A DNA stretch of 64,000 nucleotides from Zootoca vivipara (GCF_963506605.1 NC_083277.1:82088001-82152000); one strand, 5' to 3'; positions 11,635-25,690 are shown, numbered from the stretch's first letter. Notes: generated by a model not told the origin, from the sequence alone. Translations and numbers: made by a program.

Positions 11635-12630
11635 CTGTAAAAGAAGAGGTGGCATTAACATTTAACACCAAACAGTAATTTTCTAGAAATGCTAAATACT
11701 TGTGATACTTATTCACATTTTAATGTTTGCAGTGTAACAATTCTGGATGACTTATTCTAAAGCTGTGAGGGGACTAACTTGGCTAAACTAGTAGAGGCTA
11801 AGAAAAGTATGATCAGCATTTGTTGGCGAGCTCTTCCACAAGGGGACTTATGGCATGCAAATGTACCAAACTGCTGTACATTCTGCTATACTGCTGTACA
11901 TTCAGCAGGAAGTAAAATAAAAGCATACTAGGCATACAATCATAATTATTGATGCAATAGACCATGTTAACATTGATTTACTCTCGATTTAAATAGTTGG
12001 TATGGTAGAGTTTTGGGCTGGCCTTGCTGGTCAAGCCAAATATTGCAGTCTCCAGCAAACATCCTTGCTTAGCAAGCTGCATCACCCCAAACCAGTCTTT
12101 CCCAAGGACAGCACACCCGGTTTGCCTGAACGTGCCTTCCAGCATCAGCATCCAACACCCCCTTCTCAACGGAAGGACCAAGGAGGAACGCACCAGGTTG
12201 TTCAGTGCTGCTAGAAAGCATCCCAAGCACCTTCAAGCAGCAGCATGAAGCACCTCCCTGCCCACCTCCCTGAAGAGAAGAGCCATTAGGAAGCACACCC
12301 AGTTGAGCAGCAGCATTCAAGCATCCTTGCCCGCCTTTCTTGCCCTAGGGGTTGCAGGGTTGGCCCAGCTTGGATGAGGATCTCCAGGCAACCACAACTC
12401 TGGAGCTGGCAGGGGCTGCTGTGCAACTGCCCAAGCCCCGTCCATCTCTACCGCTTCAAGTGAGGAAAAGACTGGTCACTCATGAGTCATGACATGTGCC
12501 AAAGGTCAGAGGGAACCTCTGAAGTCTGGAAGTAAGACTGTGTTGACCTGCCTGCTTAACAGAGGTCCCAGTTTTACTTTTTCTACTCAACACTGTTTCC
12601 GTGTTCTCCCAGTGAGAGAAAAGTCTAAGA

Positions 12631-12766
12631 CAGGCATCCCCAAACTGCGGCCCTCCAGATGTTTTGGCCTACAACTCCCATGATCCCTAGCTAACAGGAC
12701 CAGTGGTCAGGGATGATGGGAATTGTAGTCCAAGACATATGGAGGGCCGAAGTTTGGGGATACCTG
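12631..12766. mobile_element. 136-bp palindromic hAT (Charlie-like) MITE
   Basis: CAGG...CCTG termini, long imperfect inverted arms, 8-bp TSD GTCTAAGA (12623-12630 and 12767-12774). Confidence 0.9.
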
Positions 12767-12870
12767 GTCTAAGAGAACAAAATGCCTTCAGCTGTCAAGT
12801 TTATAATTGAAAGGGAAGATGAAAACAACAATCACATCCATTCTTGCTACTTCACTGTCTTGGGCATTAC

Positions 12871-12983
12871 CTGTTTCATTCTCGCTGCAGCTCTGTTTGA
12901 ATACAAAATGGATCTGTCTGTGTTACAGCAGGCTGGACAAACCTGCAGAGCTCTTGCATAAGCATCTTCAGCTTCTTTATATT
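12871..12983 (-). CDS. TTC1: TTC1 coding exon 3 (TPR region)
   Basis: 113 nt, (E)YKEAEDAYARALQVCPACCNTDRSILYSNRAAARMKQ, AG/GT. Confidence 0.95.
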
Positions 12984-14307
12984 CTGCAATTGAAATGAAA
13001 TGTCGAGATGGAAGACAGCAAGTGCACACACAAGAATTAATGCCTTGAAGGCATGCCTAGCATCACATTCCCTCTCCCCCAATTTAAATTTTCAGAAAAC
13101 TACACTGCTAAAACAAACAAAAAAGCAATGTATCCCAGTCCGAGCAACGGTCATCAAAGTAACTAGAAGCATTACCAGATGTTCAGAATCTCATGCCAAC
13201 CCTTTCGAGGGCTTAGGGGCCAGTCATAGCACATTACAACAGATTAGACATCTTTAACATAGGTGAGGAGCTGCTCATGGTAGATAGGCCTACCCCAATG
13301 CAATTAGGAGGCATCATTAAGGAAGAGGAATTAAGAGTAGGGCAAGGCTCCACAAATACACTTTGTTTTAGTTGCTATGGCAACTAAAATATAATTCTGG
13401 CAACCTGGAATGCAGATACTGGTAGCCAAGGTCTATTCTCCTGACAGTGCACAGAGCCTTGGAGATACTGGAGAGGCAAGAAGACCTTTCTACTTTTGGA
13501 CAATCTCTGTGATTCAGCACAAGTAGTATGGCTCCTTACCCTGCTTCCCAGCACTGAGCCAGGGAAGAGCACAAGGGATTCCTCCCACCGTCAAGTCATT
13601 GGGCCTAGAGCATGGTGTGATGTATTTCTTCAGAAAAAAAACAGGGTGATGGCAAGCCCATCTATTAAGGTCAAACAAAATGTGAAGACTCTTGCTAAAA
13701 GTGCACTCATTTTCTGAGTGCCAACCTTTATGTGCCCCAAAAATGGCACCATCCAAAGACAAGAGGAAGGCCATCATCAGGATCTGGGGAATCCTGAGGT
13801 TTGCAGAAGTACTAAACATATTTAAGAAAATATAGCCCCATGGTGACTATTTTAAGAATTCCTTTTAACTTTCCTCAAACTGTTCTTCTGTGGCATAGTA
13901 TACTTTTACCCAGCCTCTCATATGCCTTATTCCTACCCCATAAAAGAAAAAGAAAATGACAGCAACTCCCTCAGAGCTGTTTTCCCAAGACTGATTGAAG
14001 GGGGAGAAACAATCAATGATAGAACTGCCTCAAAATCCACAATGGATTTAATCCCAAGTAAGCACAAGTATGACTGCAGTTCTGGAATCTTAACTCCCAG
14101 AACCCTTAAAAGAGAATTCCCAAATACAATGGTAAGGTATAAAATGAAGTCCTCTCCAGGGGTATACATTCCAAATATGGCTGGTCATAAGACTACATAA
14201 ACACCTATAAAGGCTGCATCAATCACCTGCACAGATGACAAATTCTGCATAGGATTTGTCTTTAGACTGACCACAATTTTGGTATTACACAGTTGTAATT
14301 CACCCAC

Positions 14308-14368
14308 CTCCTTTCTTAAACTGCTCATTTCCTTCTTCTTTTAATTTTGTGCTCTCATTTCTTCTCTT
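14308..14368 (-). CDS. TTC1: TTC1 coding exon 2
   Basis: 61 nt, KRRNESTKLKEEGNEQFKKG, AG/GT. Confidence 0.93.
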
Positions 14369-15693
14369 CTGCAATGCATAGAAGACCACATAATAAACAT
14401 CTGAAGCAAGTAAGCAAAATAGCTTATTATTTGATAATATCACATCTATTATTTAGTATTTAGTATTAACCATCTATTATTTAGTATTTTCGCTAGTTAT
14501 TTTGTACATACTTTTTAATGTTTTGATTTCTAAAAAGGAGACATGTTTCAAAATCTGAGTGAAGTCTTTTCCCCGCGGGAAAAAAAGCCCAGGAGTTCTT
14601 GAGGCTTGGCTATCCACAAATGCTAACAGTAGGCAAATCATAACCATAGCAAATTTCATTTCCCTAGCTTAAATGGTAGGAGGCTCTTCCTTAGGGCAAG
14701 GAGAACAAATCCTTTACATTTTAAAAATAAATAAATAATTTCTTGATCTCTGAATCCTGTGAAACAGGTCACTTTGCATTTTGCAGATGAGGCACTAAGG
14801 CCAATAGAGACTTCCCCAAACCAAGTCTGGAGTTGTTTGAACACAGTCTTGTGGTTCCAAGAACTACAAAAACTATTCACCCACTTGAGAAAAAAAAAGT
14901 GAAGGAAGAATTGACCTAAGGTACACAGAAATTTTTTATTGTTTACGATTACTTCTGCTATATGTTCTTTGGTTAAAACAAGGAACAGTCAACTTTTGTA
15001 GAAAAATAAGCTTTCAAGAATTACAGCCCTCCAACACTTTTCACTAACTACCACATGCTCTTCTTTTCCCAAATCCCATTTAAGACTTTCTACCCTGGAC
15101 TACCCTGTGACATAGGAGCTCAACCAATGTCTTGTGGAGGCAGGAAGATGTCTAGCCCCCCAACACCCTCTACCTCTTTTACTAATTTCTCAACTTTCTC
15201 AAACCTCTGCCTCTCTATCCATTCCTTTCCTTGCCCCCCCCTTAATCCTCTTTTCACTGGTCTCTAGTTCCTCATCTTTCTGCCCTCTCCCCATTCCATA
15301 AGGTCCCCTCCCCACAATAGTTCTTTCATCCTCACATCCATGACAGCCAGGCTTACTACTTTCCTGGCCCCTGAGCCAATTTCTGCTTCCTAGTTCAGGT
15401 CCTGTGACATCATAAGAGCTCAGCCAGTAGATAGAGGGCTTGAAAGGCAACAGACCCTGCATTTAACTTGAAAAAGTGTATCAACACACACACCCCTCTT
15501 TTTGTACATTCTCTACTTTAATGCACACTACTGTACTTAAAACTGATTGCCCAACACTCTCAGGATTTAGCTTGCAACCACAGTATAGAAAGGAACTGTT
15601 TGTAAGATAAATTTCATTTTATTCTTTGGATTTTTGAAATGCTTTACCAAGGAGGTTTTCCATTTTTTAATGTGGGAAAAAACTTAAAGTTAA

Positions 15694-15695
<2 letters not shown>

Positions 15696-15726
<31 letters not shown>
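15696..15726. repeat. (GT)n microsatellite
   Basis: Directly visible. Confidence 0.95.
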
Positions 15727-15729
<3 letters not shown>

Positions 15730-17559
15730 TAATGATTTCCTTTCTCTTTTAGAGAAATCAGGGCCAACAACATCATTTTCTACTACCCAGCCACACACCT
15801 CCAAATTTTAGTAAGTGTTCATTGGATGAAATTAAAATTTGCTATTGTGGTTTTGCTGGTAACTGATGGGAACCAAAAATCTGAATGCAAGGGAAAATAT
15901 TACAAGTTAGGAAACATACAACATTTGAACAGGAATGCATTTCCTTGATAATATTTTTCTGTCATTAACTGTGGCTGAAAGCTAAAAAGATACAATACAT
16001 GGAGCAAGCAGTCCAGCATTAAGGGCGTAAGTACAAGCATCCTTGCTCATCCAATGACTAGCAGAGAGATAACTCTGCAAAGCAAATATTTACACAATTT
16101 TTAATACAATAGAGAGTTCAGCTTTACTAGACACAAGTTGTATGTTACCCAGTGGAGAATCTGATTTTGTTTTTAAATGCAAACACAGACCTTGTTGTTT
16201 ATATACTGCTGAGTCACTGTTGCACATCTTTCGTGATATAAAAGGAGAAATGATTGTGTCTGAACCCTAAAAAGCAGCTTTGCTTGAGGAATGCATTTTA
16301 ATCCCTTTATTAACCTTAGTTATCCGGTCTCTGAATTCCCCAACCCACCCTTCATTCATTGCACAATACCACTGTTGCTTTTGTTGAATGAGAAACATAA
16401 CAAAATAATTACAGGATTAACTTTTATTTTAGATGAATATTCTTGCTACTGAATAATCATCGCTTGCAAATGTGAAAAGCCCAAATCCAGACAGTCATGT
16501 CCCAAACAAGCAAGATAATGTGTCATCTAGCAGTTCTGACATTACAAATAATCTCACCCACCACCAATAAGCACAGCTTTTTAAACTTTTAACAGCTGCC
16601 TTTTCTAAATCCTGAACTGAATCAGACAACTCAGATACGTTAAGTCAAATGACACTTAAAAATCTAGAAGAGTCTAACACAAGAAATTAAAAAAAGCACA
16701 GCCTGCACACAATTGTCCAGGAGGCACACACTGCCCATTTCTGTTTTAGGATGACAGAGAAGAAGTGGAACAGAATAATGAGAAGACAAACAGAAACAAA
16801 ACAAAGGAGTGGTAAGGGGAAAGTCGGTGTCTCTGGCAAATATGGATAACACAGACAAAAAATGAGCAAATAATGACCCTGCTTGCAATCACATGTAGCA
16901 ATATTCCCTAACCTGGTGCTGTGATGGCTAGGGCTGATGGGAGTAGTATTCCAAAATATCTTGAAGTCTGACATATACCGTAGGAAAAGAAGAAATGTCT
17001 CTGTGGATTCCTTTACTGTATCTGAACAAATGACACTTAAGCTGTGGGTGGGGAAAGTCACAGTGCTGGAATTTAATCACAAACCCTCCAAACTTCATCC
17101 ATAAAACGGGGGGGGGGGGAGATGTGTGAACCTGTGCTCTGAAAAGATTGCAATCCAACTAAATCATTGTGCGCATGGAATGACTTCCAAGAGCACAATG
17201 GATTCATTTAAGTACAGGTAGTTCTGCATGCACAATGATTTCATTGGATACTTGCCAATAAGCCCCACTAAGCTCAAAAGGATTTACTTCCCAAAAAGCA
17301 TGAACAGGAATTGGCTGCTGTAGGTGGGAGTAAATTTGACTGAAATCAACAAAAGCTATTTCCAATTAAAAAAAGAGCAGGACTATGTTGAAAAATTTCT
17401 AAAAACATAAATACTAGAAAAGCTAAACTTCAAAACATACTCCTTGGAACTTTGTTGCACTGAAATCAATGGGGCATACTTCCAAAGAAATATCATTAGA
17501 ATCAAAGTGCTAATCAATACAATGTTTAAAGGAACATTTGTAGTTTCATTAAAGCATAC

Positions 17560-17877
17560 CTGTTTTTCTTCCTCAGACATATTTTTCTCTAGTTCTATTA
17601 AGTCCTTTTCATCTAGCTCTATTTCATTTTCTAAAGGATCTGCCTTATTATTATTGTGATTCTCTTCTGCCACTCCTGCTTCAAAAGAGTCATTACAGTC
17701 ATGGAAGAGGTCTTCGTCTTCTCTGGACTCAGAGTGAGGCAGCTGACTCACTCCTTCTTTGGCGATTTTGGGGACATGCACGTTATTACAATCTGGCTGT
17801 GAAGGACTGCTTTGTTCCTCTGAGAGTTTCAAACCCTCAACTAATTTTTCAGGAGAAATTGAATCTTCAGGTTCCAT
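17560..17877 (-). CDS. TTC1: TTC1 first coding exon (acidic N-terminus)
   Basis: MEPEDSISPEKLVEGLKL...DLFHDCNDSFE...ELDEKDLIELEKNMSEEEKQ|gtatgc; matches human TTC1 motifs FHDC and LIELEKNMSDEEKQ. Confidence 0.92.
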
Positions 17878-18899
17878 GTTGAGCCTACAAAGTTGATTTT
17901 CTGCCTTCAACAAACAAACAAAGAAAAATTACATATGGCAACAAATATGAAATCTTTAAACAATGCTGGCAAAATCTTAACACATCTAATCACAGAATCA
18001 GCTATAAACTGATAGTTGGATCTAGAGATACTTTCCCTCCACCATTTTAGCTTCATCTATGAAACATTAAGATATACTTCATCATTCTCAAAGCAGTACT
18101 CTTCCAAAGCAAGCTGAACTATAGAATGGGATTTGGTACAAATTTATACTATTGTATTTTGAACAAGATTATAATGTATTTCAACAGTAATCCAGTGCCT
18201 TTAGTAGCAGCATGATGAGAAACTGTTCCCAGATGCAACTTCACCAGTTATTGAACATACTAAACTATTGACACATGAAACTGCCTTATTATTTAAACTC
18301 AGACCATGACCCTACATAGTCCACCACTGTCTTCTCTGACTCTCCCCAGGGTGAGCCTTGCTACCTCAATTTTATATTTTAACTGGAGACACGAGGGATT
18401 AAACCCTGGACTTCAATGTGCAAATAATGTGCCCTCCCAATCAATTATGGCTCTTACCCCAATATTTCAATTTATTTCTTTTACAGGTTTATGCCATGCC
18501 TTTTAAATAATAATAATAAAGCAACTGAAATTACAAAAAAGTTTAACCCCCCCCATTCCTCTTCTCCCACCCACGAGAACAGGCTTGGCAACTCCTCACA
18601 TTCGATGTGAGAAATCATGCCCGCAGACACCCAAGCCTCAAACGTGACTGGCATCACAGCAGTGGGTAGGGCAACTGAACCCACGACCGCCCCACCAGGA
18701 ACAGCAGCCATGCGCTGCCAGACCAGTGAAGCCATAGAGACATTTTGCAAATTCCTCCTCGCAGAGCTGCTAAAGCCGCACACCAAAACAACAACAACAA
18801 CACGTCCTTATTTAACGAATTCGAGGCGTTCTCCCCTCGGTCCTCTTCACCGTTAGTGCTTACAGGAGCCAGTGATCAAGAATCCTGGGCCCTTGGACA

Positions 18900-19400
18900 A
18901 GCCAGCTCGCTCCCCGTAGCTCCCCCGCCCCTGAAGCAAACCCTAAGGCAGGTAACCCAGGAGCTACACCCCCCCGCCCCCGAAGCCCCACTTCGCCCAC
19001 AACCCCCTTTCCCTCCCTCAGAGGCCCGTACCTATCACGTCTCTACCCGCAACTCCACTACTTCCTGACGCCGCGTCGTTCACGCGCCGCGCTCCCTTCA
19101 CGTCACTTCCTGTTTCCTTTGCAGGGGCGAAGTCAAGACGCTTGGAGGGAGGCTTCGGAGAAAGGAACGTCGGTAACGTCACGACACGCTCTCGTCTCGG
19201 AGGGGTGGACGTCGAGCCTCCCCGGCCAATCAGCGTGGCGGTGGCGTGCAAGGCAGTATTATCGCCGATTGCTTAGAAGTCATTGTTATTGTCACTGCTC
19301 CCTAGCAAGTGGCTTTGTGGCTGCGGTCGAAGAGCCCCGCGGAGATGGCGCATGGCTTTTCTACTGCAGCGCGTAGACTAGGGCAGTTCCCGGTGAAATA
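18900..19400. promoter_or_regulatory. TTC1 CpG-island promoter
   Basis: CpG-dense. Two ETS-type ACTTCCTG motifs (~19059, ~19105), CRE/ATF-like CACGTCAC/ACGTCAC (~19099, ~19176) and a GGCCAATCAG CCAAT box (~19224). Confidence 0.7.
19032..19110 (-). other. TTC1: Probable non-coding exon 1 of TTC1 (5' limit approximate)
   Basis: Minus-strand donor atag|GTACGG at 19031 inside a CpG-rich segment. Confidence 0.55.
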
Positions 19401-20243
19401 AAGGGGGACAGAAGTTGCAACCGTAATTTTTTTACTTTCCTGTTAAGTGATTGAGGAACTCGAATAATTACAGACCAGGCAGAAATTCAGAACAACATCT
19501 TTTATTTTTTTTTTAAAATGTAATCTGGATTGTATGTCCTCGAATATGGGCAAGGTTTCTCTCCGTGGACAAGAACAAAAATAAGAATAAACCTTCTGCA
19601 GTGTGTGCTTTCTTGAAGTATCGTTCCCCGCCCCCCCGCAATTCCAAAAAGCAAAGCCCAAAATAGATTCCACCCAAAATGCTTACTGATATGCCCACTC
19701 ATCAGTTCCCAAACTACTTTAAAAAGACTTAAAGCTGCTTAGAAGTACATGTCAACACACGTGAATAAGCTTTAAAAAAAATCTGAAGTGCAAAAAAATA
19801 AATTTGATAGGACATACAGAAAAGAAGCTTGCTATTTATGGTCCCTTCCAACTCTATGATTCTATGATGAAATTTTTATTATTATTTTTGTACCTAGGAA
19901 GATTTACTACTTTTCCTCTAACAGGATAACTGGTATTCTGATCCTAAGCACTTTTAGAAAATCCTTTTGATTTAAGATCGAAATAAACTTTTCAAATAAG
20001 TGACCCTAAGCATGCTTACTAGGAAGGAAGTTCCATTGAACTACATAGGATATGTTTAAATTCAGGATGAAAACTGGTAGAGGTATGCAAAATAAATAGG
20101 GTGCCTTTAAATAAGCCGCAGCTATATGCTATATATCAGTTGGAGTGTGAACTTTATTAAAAGATTCCTCAGTAAACTTTCAGAGCACAGGAGCTCTCAC
20201 AAAGCAGTGTATAAAAATAAAGAATAAACATAACATTAAAAAC

Positions 20244-20346
20244 AACAGTATAAATAAATTTCAACAATTAAGAAAATTTAGTTTGAAATGAAAAACAGTA
20301 TAAATAAATTTCAACAATTAAGAAAAATTAGTTTGAAATGAAAAAC
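20244..20346. repeat. 50-bp tandem duplication
   Basis: aacagtataaataaatttcaacaattaagaaaa(t/a)ttagtttgaaatgaaa occurs twice. Confidence 0.9.
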
Positions 20347-20957
20347 AAGTAGTTGCTGGCACCATGTCCTGAAAGCAGTGCTAAAGAGAAGCTAGTTTTA
20401 CCTGAGATTCCTAAGGGCCCGTGCCGTCTCTTGATAAGCAAAAAAATTAAATCAAAAAATCTAATGGAACTAATTTCTCATAAGCAATAAGTCCTTTGTT
20501 GCTGCACTTTACACTTTTGAAAAGGTATAATGACAGACAAAGCCATGCAAGCTTGCATATGTGCCAGACAATGCTAGAGACTTGCAGAAGAATGGCCATA
20601 GAGTTCCATTTTCAGCCTCCTGTATTTGAAGATACTCATTGGTGCCCTTTCGTTATGGAACTTGTTCACCTTTGTTAATAGGGGGTGAAAGGACTTGAAA
20701 GGCACCAGTGTCTAAACTTCAGATTCAAAATCATAACACATGAGAGCATCATTGGCAGAGATACAAGTGCCTTTACCTGAATCAAATACGGGCAGTTTTT
20801 GTTATCAGCTGTACTACCAATGCCCTAGGCTCAGGCTAGGACTGTGAAGCAAATTGCAATCCCAATTGCTTAAATCAGATTAAGATTTACAGCCTGAGCA
20901 ATATATTTGCTATGTGCTGCCTAAGACTCCTCTGTCAGGAAATTCAACTAAGGACAT

Positions 20958-21035
20958 CGAGATTCCTGCATTGCAGGGGGTTCAACTAGATGACCCTCAG
21001 GGGTACTTCCAACTCTAAATTCTATGATTCGATGA
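20958..21035 (+). mobile_element. Squamate SINE/CR1-type 3' tail fragment
   Basis: attcctgcattgcagggggtt...actagatgaccct...ttccaactct...attctatgatt; related minus-strand copies at ~21230-21325, ~29295-29425 and ~41380-41490. Confidence 0.7.
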
Positions 21036-23687
21036 CTTTGCAAGTTATACACTTAACAGTGATACTATGTCAGCTCTCATTTAAGGACATTTACTTTACT
21101 ATTTCAGCACAATTGGAGGCTAGCCTCAGCTAACAGCTGAGGAATTTAAGGCAGGGGTGGGCAAATTCAGATGCAGGGCCCAAATGCAGGCATCTTGGCA
21201 TCTCTGGGCCTCAGGATTCTCCACAGACCAGAATTGGAAGGGACCACAAGGGTCATCTAGCCCAACCCCCTGCAATGCAGGAATCTTTTGCCTAACGTGT
21301 GGCTCAAACCCACAACCCTGAGATATGCAGCCCATTATTGAAAACAGTTCCCAGTTCTGATTTAAGGCATGGATAGTGCCAAAGAAAAGAGAGTTTGCAT
21401 TTCTACTATTCTGATCCTAGTTCTCCCCGAAAGGGGGTCCATTTTTCCAGGTGCTTCTCACACATGATAAGAGAATGCAGGGGTGCCAAGTTGAATAAAA
21501 TATTGGGGGGGGGCAAGCATTCCCCACCCCACCTAATCAATCACGAGACACAGCACACACATTATTTGAGTGGCAATGCACATCGACTTTTGGGGGCAGC
21601 CCCCTCCAATATTTTATTCGGGGGCCCAAGGGACTGTCAGCATCTGGGGGTCAAAAGGCCAGCTGGCTAGCCCCCAGCTGGATCGTCTCCTTCCAGCCAG
21701 CACACTGGAAGATCCCCCGACCTCCGGTGCTACATAAATCAGTGACCCAAGTCTGCAGACATGGGCACACTTTACTTAGCAGAGCAAAACTGCGCAACAA
21801 AAGAGGCTTGAAGCTTGTGAAGACATACTAGGAACTACGGATTTATTAATCATAAATCAGAACAAAAAAACATGTTGTCTCTCTCCTTGCCGTCTCTTCC
21901 AAGAGAGAGAAAAGCAAAAGCAAAACAACCCAGCGGAAATTCCACTTATGCCAGCAAACAGTGCTGGAATGAAAACAGACATGAGGCACGTAGTAATCCC
22001 ATGTCTGCAATTAAAGGTGGAATAGAAATTTTCAACAGGGACCTGAGCCCCTAGGAGTTGGCTCCTATGAAGGGATGGAAGGTGAAAGAGAGGCCAGTGC
22101 AACTGACATAGTGAGGATTAGCTAGGACTGCAGTTTAGCTAACAAGCTTGTCTCTTCCCCGACGTGTTTAGCTATTTAAAGCATTGTAAACAAAATAATC
22201 AATGTGACAGGGGAGAGTCTGAATCAGACACTTTCTGCTCTGATATCCCAAATATAGAAAAGCTGTTTTCTCCGGCTATCAAGTAGTATGCAAAACATTA
22301 ACATGTCAAATAGCAAGGAAGATAAATAATGTTTCATCTTTGGAGAAGAAGGGAGAGGGAGAGGAAGAACATTGTCCTACAGTGCAACTTGTCAAAAGGC
22401 ATAGGTGGCACAAACACCCAAACCAGGAGCTTCCCCCTACCTGCGTCTCCTCATTGCTGGATTCCTGTCATTAAAATAGATTGTCATCTTTCTTTCAGGG
22501 AGCTTAATATGTGGGACGCACCTCACCCACACAGAAGTATACTTTGCCCCTTCTGTGCCCCCCTCCAATCTGGTCAAAAGATAAGGAAAGAACTTTCTTC
22601 TAAGCTACCTGGTGGGCACAGAATACTAAGCACAAGTCTCTAGCGGTTTATGGAAAATTTCTAGCTAAACGTGCAAAATCTACATTGCAAAGTCACCATT
22701 GCATGTCCTGCCTGCAAAGTATCACTCAGCAGCTCCCTACATGAATGAGTCTCACATGCGTCTTCACTAATTATGTACTTAAGAGGTATATAACAGGCCC
22801 ATCATGCCATTGGCTGGATTATGGAGCAAATCCTTCATTCCATGCTAATTCTAGTGCTCTGAGAACTCTCTGGCCCCAATAGTGGCCTCTCACCTTCTTG
22901 GCACATTGACACCAACCTAGATTCTGTCACCTGTTAGTACCTTCTAAGCATCATTCAAGCCAGCCTGGGCTTATGAAAGGCAGCAGGAAAAGATTTGGCA
23001 TCCACACACAAAATGGGCAACACAACTGCACACTCATTGCAATATAGATTAATTGTCCAGAAAGGCTCCTTGCATGTACATAAGCCCAATGACCTTGGAT
23101 GCTTGAGCTTAATGTAATAAAGTCAGAAATAACACTAAATAGACTTTACCAAAAAGGAAATGAAAGGGCAAAGGTAATAGTAATACTATAGTAATACCAT
23201 AGAAGCTGAAATGCAAGGGTGTCATATAAACTAGCTGATTTAAGAATCTGAAGAAGTGACAAACAAATCAGGACTGGTTTCAGACCCCTTTTTCCAAACT
23301 TCCTACAAAATAATATTTTCCATCATGATTGAATTAGGGCATGTACCGGTATCCAGAAAGCCCAGGCACTGAGACTGGCTCAAGTTCTCACCAATTCAAC
23401 CTTCTTCAGTAGCACATTATAACCACCTCCCTTTTCTTGCCTCTGAAGGACTGAAAGGATGAAAACAGAACATGGTCCTTGCTTCCTGCTCATTGCTTCT
23501 GCATTTTCTAAAGACATGCAGTCCTTGCTGTTTTTATCTGCACAGTTCAACAATGCAATAAGAAACTACTGCGCTTTATGCAAGGGTTATTTTTAGAAGA
23601 CTGCTTGGTTTGGCTTAAGGCAGGTTTTGCACATGGAGCAGAGGGTGGAAGGGTATGTTTGCATTTTTATGTCTTTTGTTTGAGGGA

Positions 23688-23727
<40 letters not shown>
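23688..23727. repeat. (GTT)n microsatellite
   Basis: Directly visible. Confidence 0.95.
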
Positions 23728-23728
<1 letters not shown>

Positions 23729-24790
23729 TATTATTGTTGATTCCTTTCCCCCAGGAACAAACACTCTTTGCAAATCAGACTCAAAAGCAGTCAGATGCCA
23801 TCACCTCTCTGGCACTGAGGAGAAAGCAGTACAGTGGACTTCCTCTAAAGATGGAGAGAGAGAGAGAGAGAGCAGGGATGGCTTCACTCCATAATAGATT
23901 GCTTGCAAATAGATGAAGCAAATTTAAAGATGGTCACTCCATTAGGAGCCTCAGAATAGAACAGAACCAGGCCTCCAGTGTGGCCAATCAATAGAATAGA
24001 ATTTGATAGTTTAAAAATATCCTTACTATTTATATTACACTAGCAGCCTTGTACGCAGTACTGCTCAGGAATTCTAAGGAAACTCAGAAATCAGTGCAGT
24101 TTTGGAAACAGCAGTTAAAATTACTGCTGTTTTGAAAGGTTCAGTCTGGCATCTTGATTCAAAAATGGCATCTAATTTTATCCAAAAATAGATGAGAACC
24201 TGCTCTTTGACCTCAGGAACTGTCATGCAAATTGTGGTTACAATATCTTAAGAGGGGTCCAAATGTGCACAAACAACTTTGCAAACTATATAGCAGAGTT
24301 TTCCATCTTTATTGTGTTTCACATCAACTCTGTCAGGCAGACCACAGTTGCTAACATTTTATAGAAGGATAAATGAAACAAAGCAAATATCGGTGTGCTT
24401 GCTTTTGGAGATGGGACTTTCACTGCCCATCGCCTTCTGTCTTTTTAAAAAACATTATGTCGTATTTCATTACTCCTAGTTTCTTCTGCCAGACTTCAGC
24501 TTCCACTGCCAGCAGCTTGAAAACATAACTCATCCACATAAAATTCCAAGGATCCGTGAATTTAGTCAAGGATTACGCAGCTCAGAATCACCACCCTAGA
24601 GTTCATAGAAGATAAACACATCCTGAGAATTTGAATACAAGAGCCCTGCTGGACCAGATTAATGCGCCTCATGTAGTCCAACATTGTGTTTTCTACAGAG
24701 GGCCCCAGGTTCAGTCCTTGGCATCTTCAGATAGGACTGAGAGAGACTCTTGCCTGAAACCCCAGAGAGCTGTTGCTGGTCAGTGTAGAC

Positions 24791-24926
24791 CAGGCATCCT
24801 CAAACTGCGGCCCTCCAGATGTTTTGGCCTACAACTCCCATGATCCCTAGCTAAGAGGACCAGTGGTCAGGGATGATGGGAATTGTAGTCCAAAACATCT
24901 GGAGGGCCGAAGTTTGGGGGTGCCTG
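24791..24926. mobile_element. 136-bp hAT MITE nested in an older SINE-like repeat
   Basis: Near-identical to 12631-12766; 8-bp TSD GTGTAGAC (24783-24790 and 24927-24934). Confidence 0.9.
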
Positions 24927-25371
24927 GTGTAGACAATACTGAGCTAGCTGGGTCAAGAGTCTGAATTAATATAAAAGGCAGCTTCCTCTGTTTCCTTATG
25001 ATATGAGAGCAATAGCCCTCTCCTGCTTGTAATCCCCAGCAACTGATATTCAGAAGCATAACTTATGCCAATACTGGGGGTAGCATACAGCCATAATGAC
25101 TTGTAGCCATTGATAGCCCCATCCGCCATGAATTTCTCTAATCCTCTTTTAAATCTGTTGCCATCCTCAAATCTTGTAGAAGTGAACTCCATAGTTAAGC
25201 TACATACTGTGTGAAGAGATACTTTTTTTGTCTGCCCTGAATCTACCGTAGTTCAGCTTATTTTAGTGCAAAATGTGGCAACAAAATTGGATGGGCATTT
25301 TGGGCAAATTGTGTTTTGAAAGCAGGGGGTCACAAAAATTATGGGGCAAGTGTATGATCGTGTGTGGACAA

Positions 25372-25690
25372 TCATCTCGCTTTCAGGCCGAGGGAGCCGG
25401 TGTTTGTCCACAGACAGCTTTCCAGGTCATGTGGCCAGCATGACTAAACCATTTTTGGCACGACGGAACACTGTGATGGAAGCCAGAGCGCACGGAAACA
25501 GTGTTTACCTTCCTGCCACAGCAGTACCTATTTATCTATTCGCACTGGTTTGCTTTTGAAAAGCTAGGTTGGCAGAAGCTAGGACAGAGCAACAGGAGCT
25601 CACCCCATCAGGCCGATTTGAACTGCTGATCTTCCGACCAGCAAGCCCAAGAGGCTCAGTGGTTTAGACCACAGCACCACCCGCATCCCT
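25372..25690 (-). mobile_element. Sauria SINE (partial)
   Basis: Reverse complement resembles 34577-34927 (ggtcatgtggccagcatgac core; tRNA-like head ...ggtttagaccacagcaccacccgcatccc). Confidence 0.8.

Noticed and set aside
14363-14371. NAGNAG tandem acceptor (CAGAAG) at TTC1 coding exon 2
   Set aside because: A common configuration that would only drop one Lys; no evidence of use from sequence alone.
17878-17913. N-terminal extension MLKAENQLCRLN of TTC1
   Set aside because: It starts at a non-ATG codon overlapping the splice-acceptor region; the ATG at 17877 aligns with the orthologous start.
23578-23916. Poly-Val/poly-Cys ORFs, and similar ORFs at 31.7, 35.7, 40.6, 50.5 and 59.4 kb
   Set aside because: Artefacts of microsatellites or low-complexity tracts.
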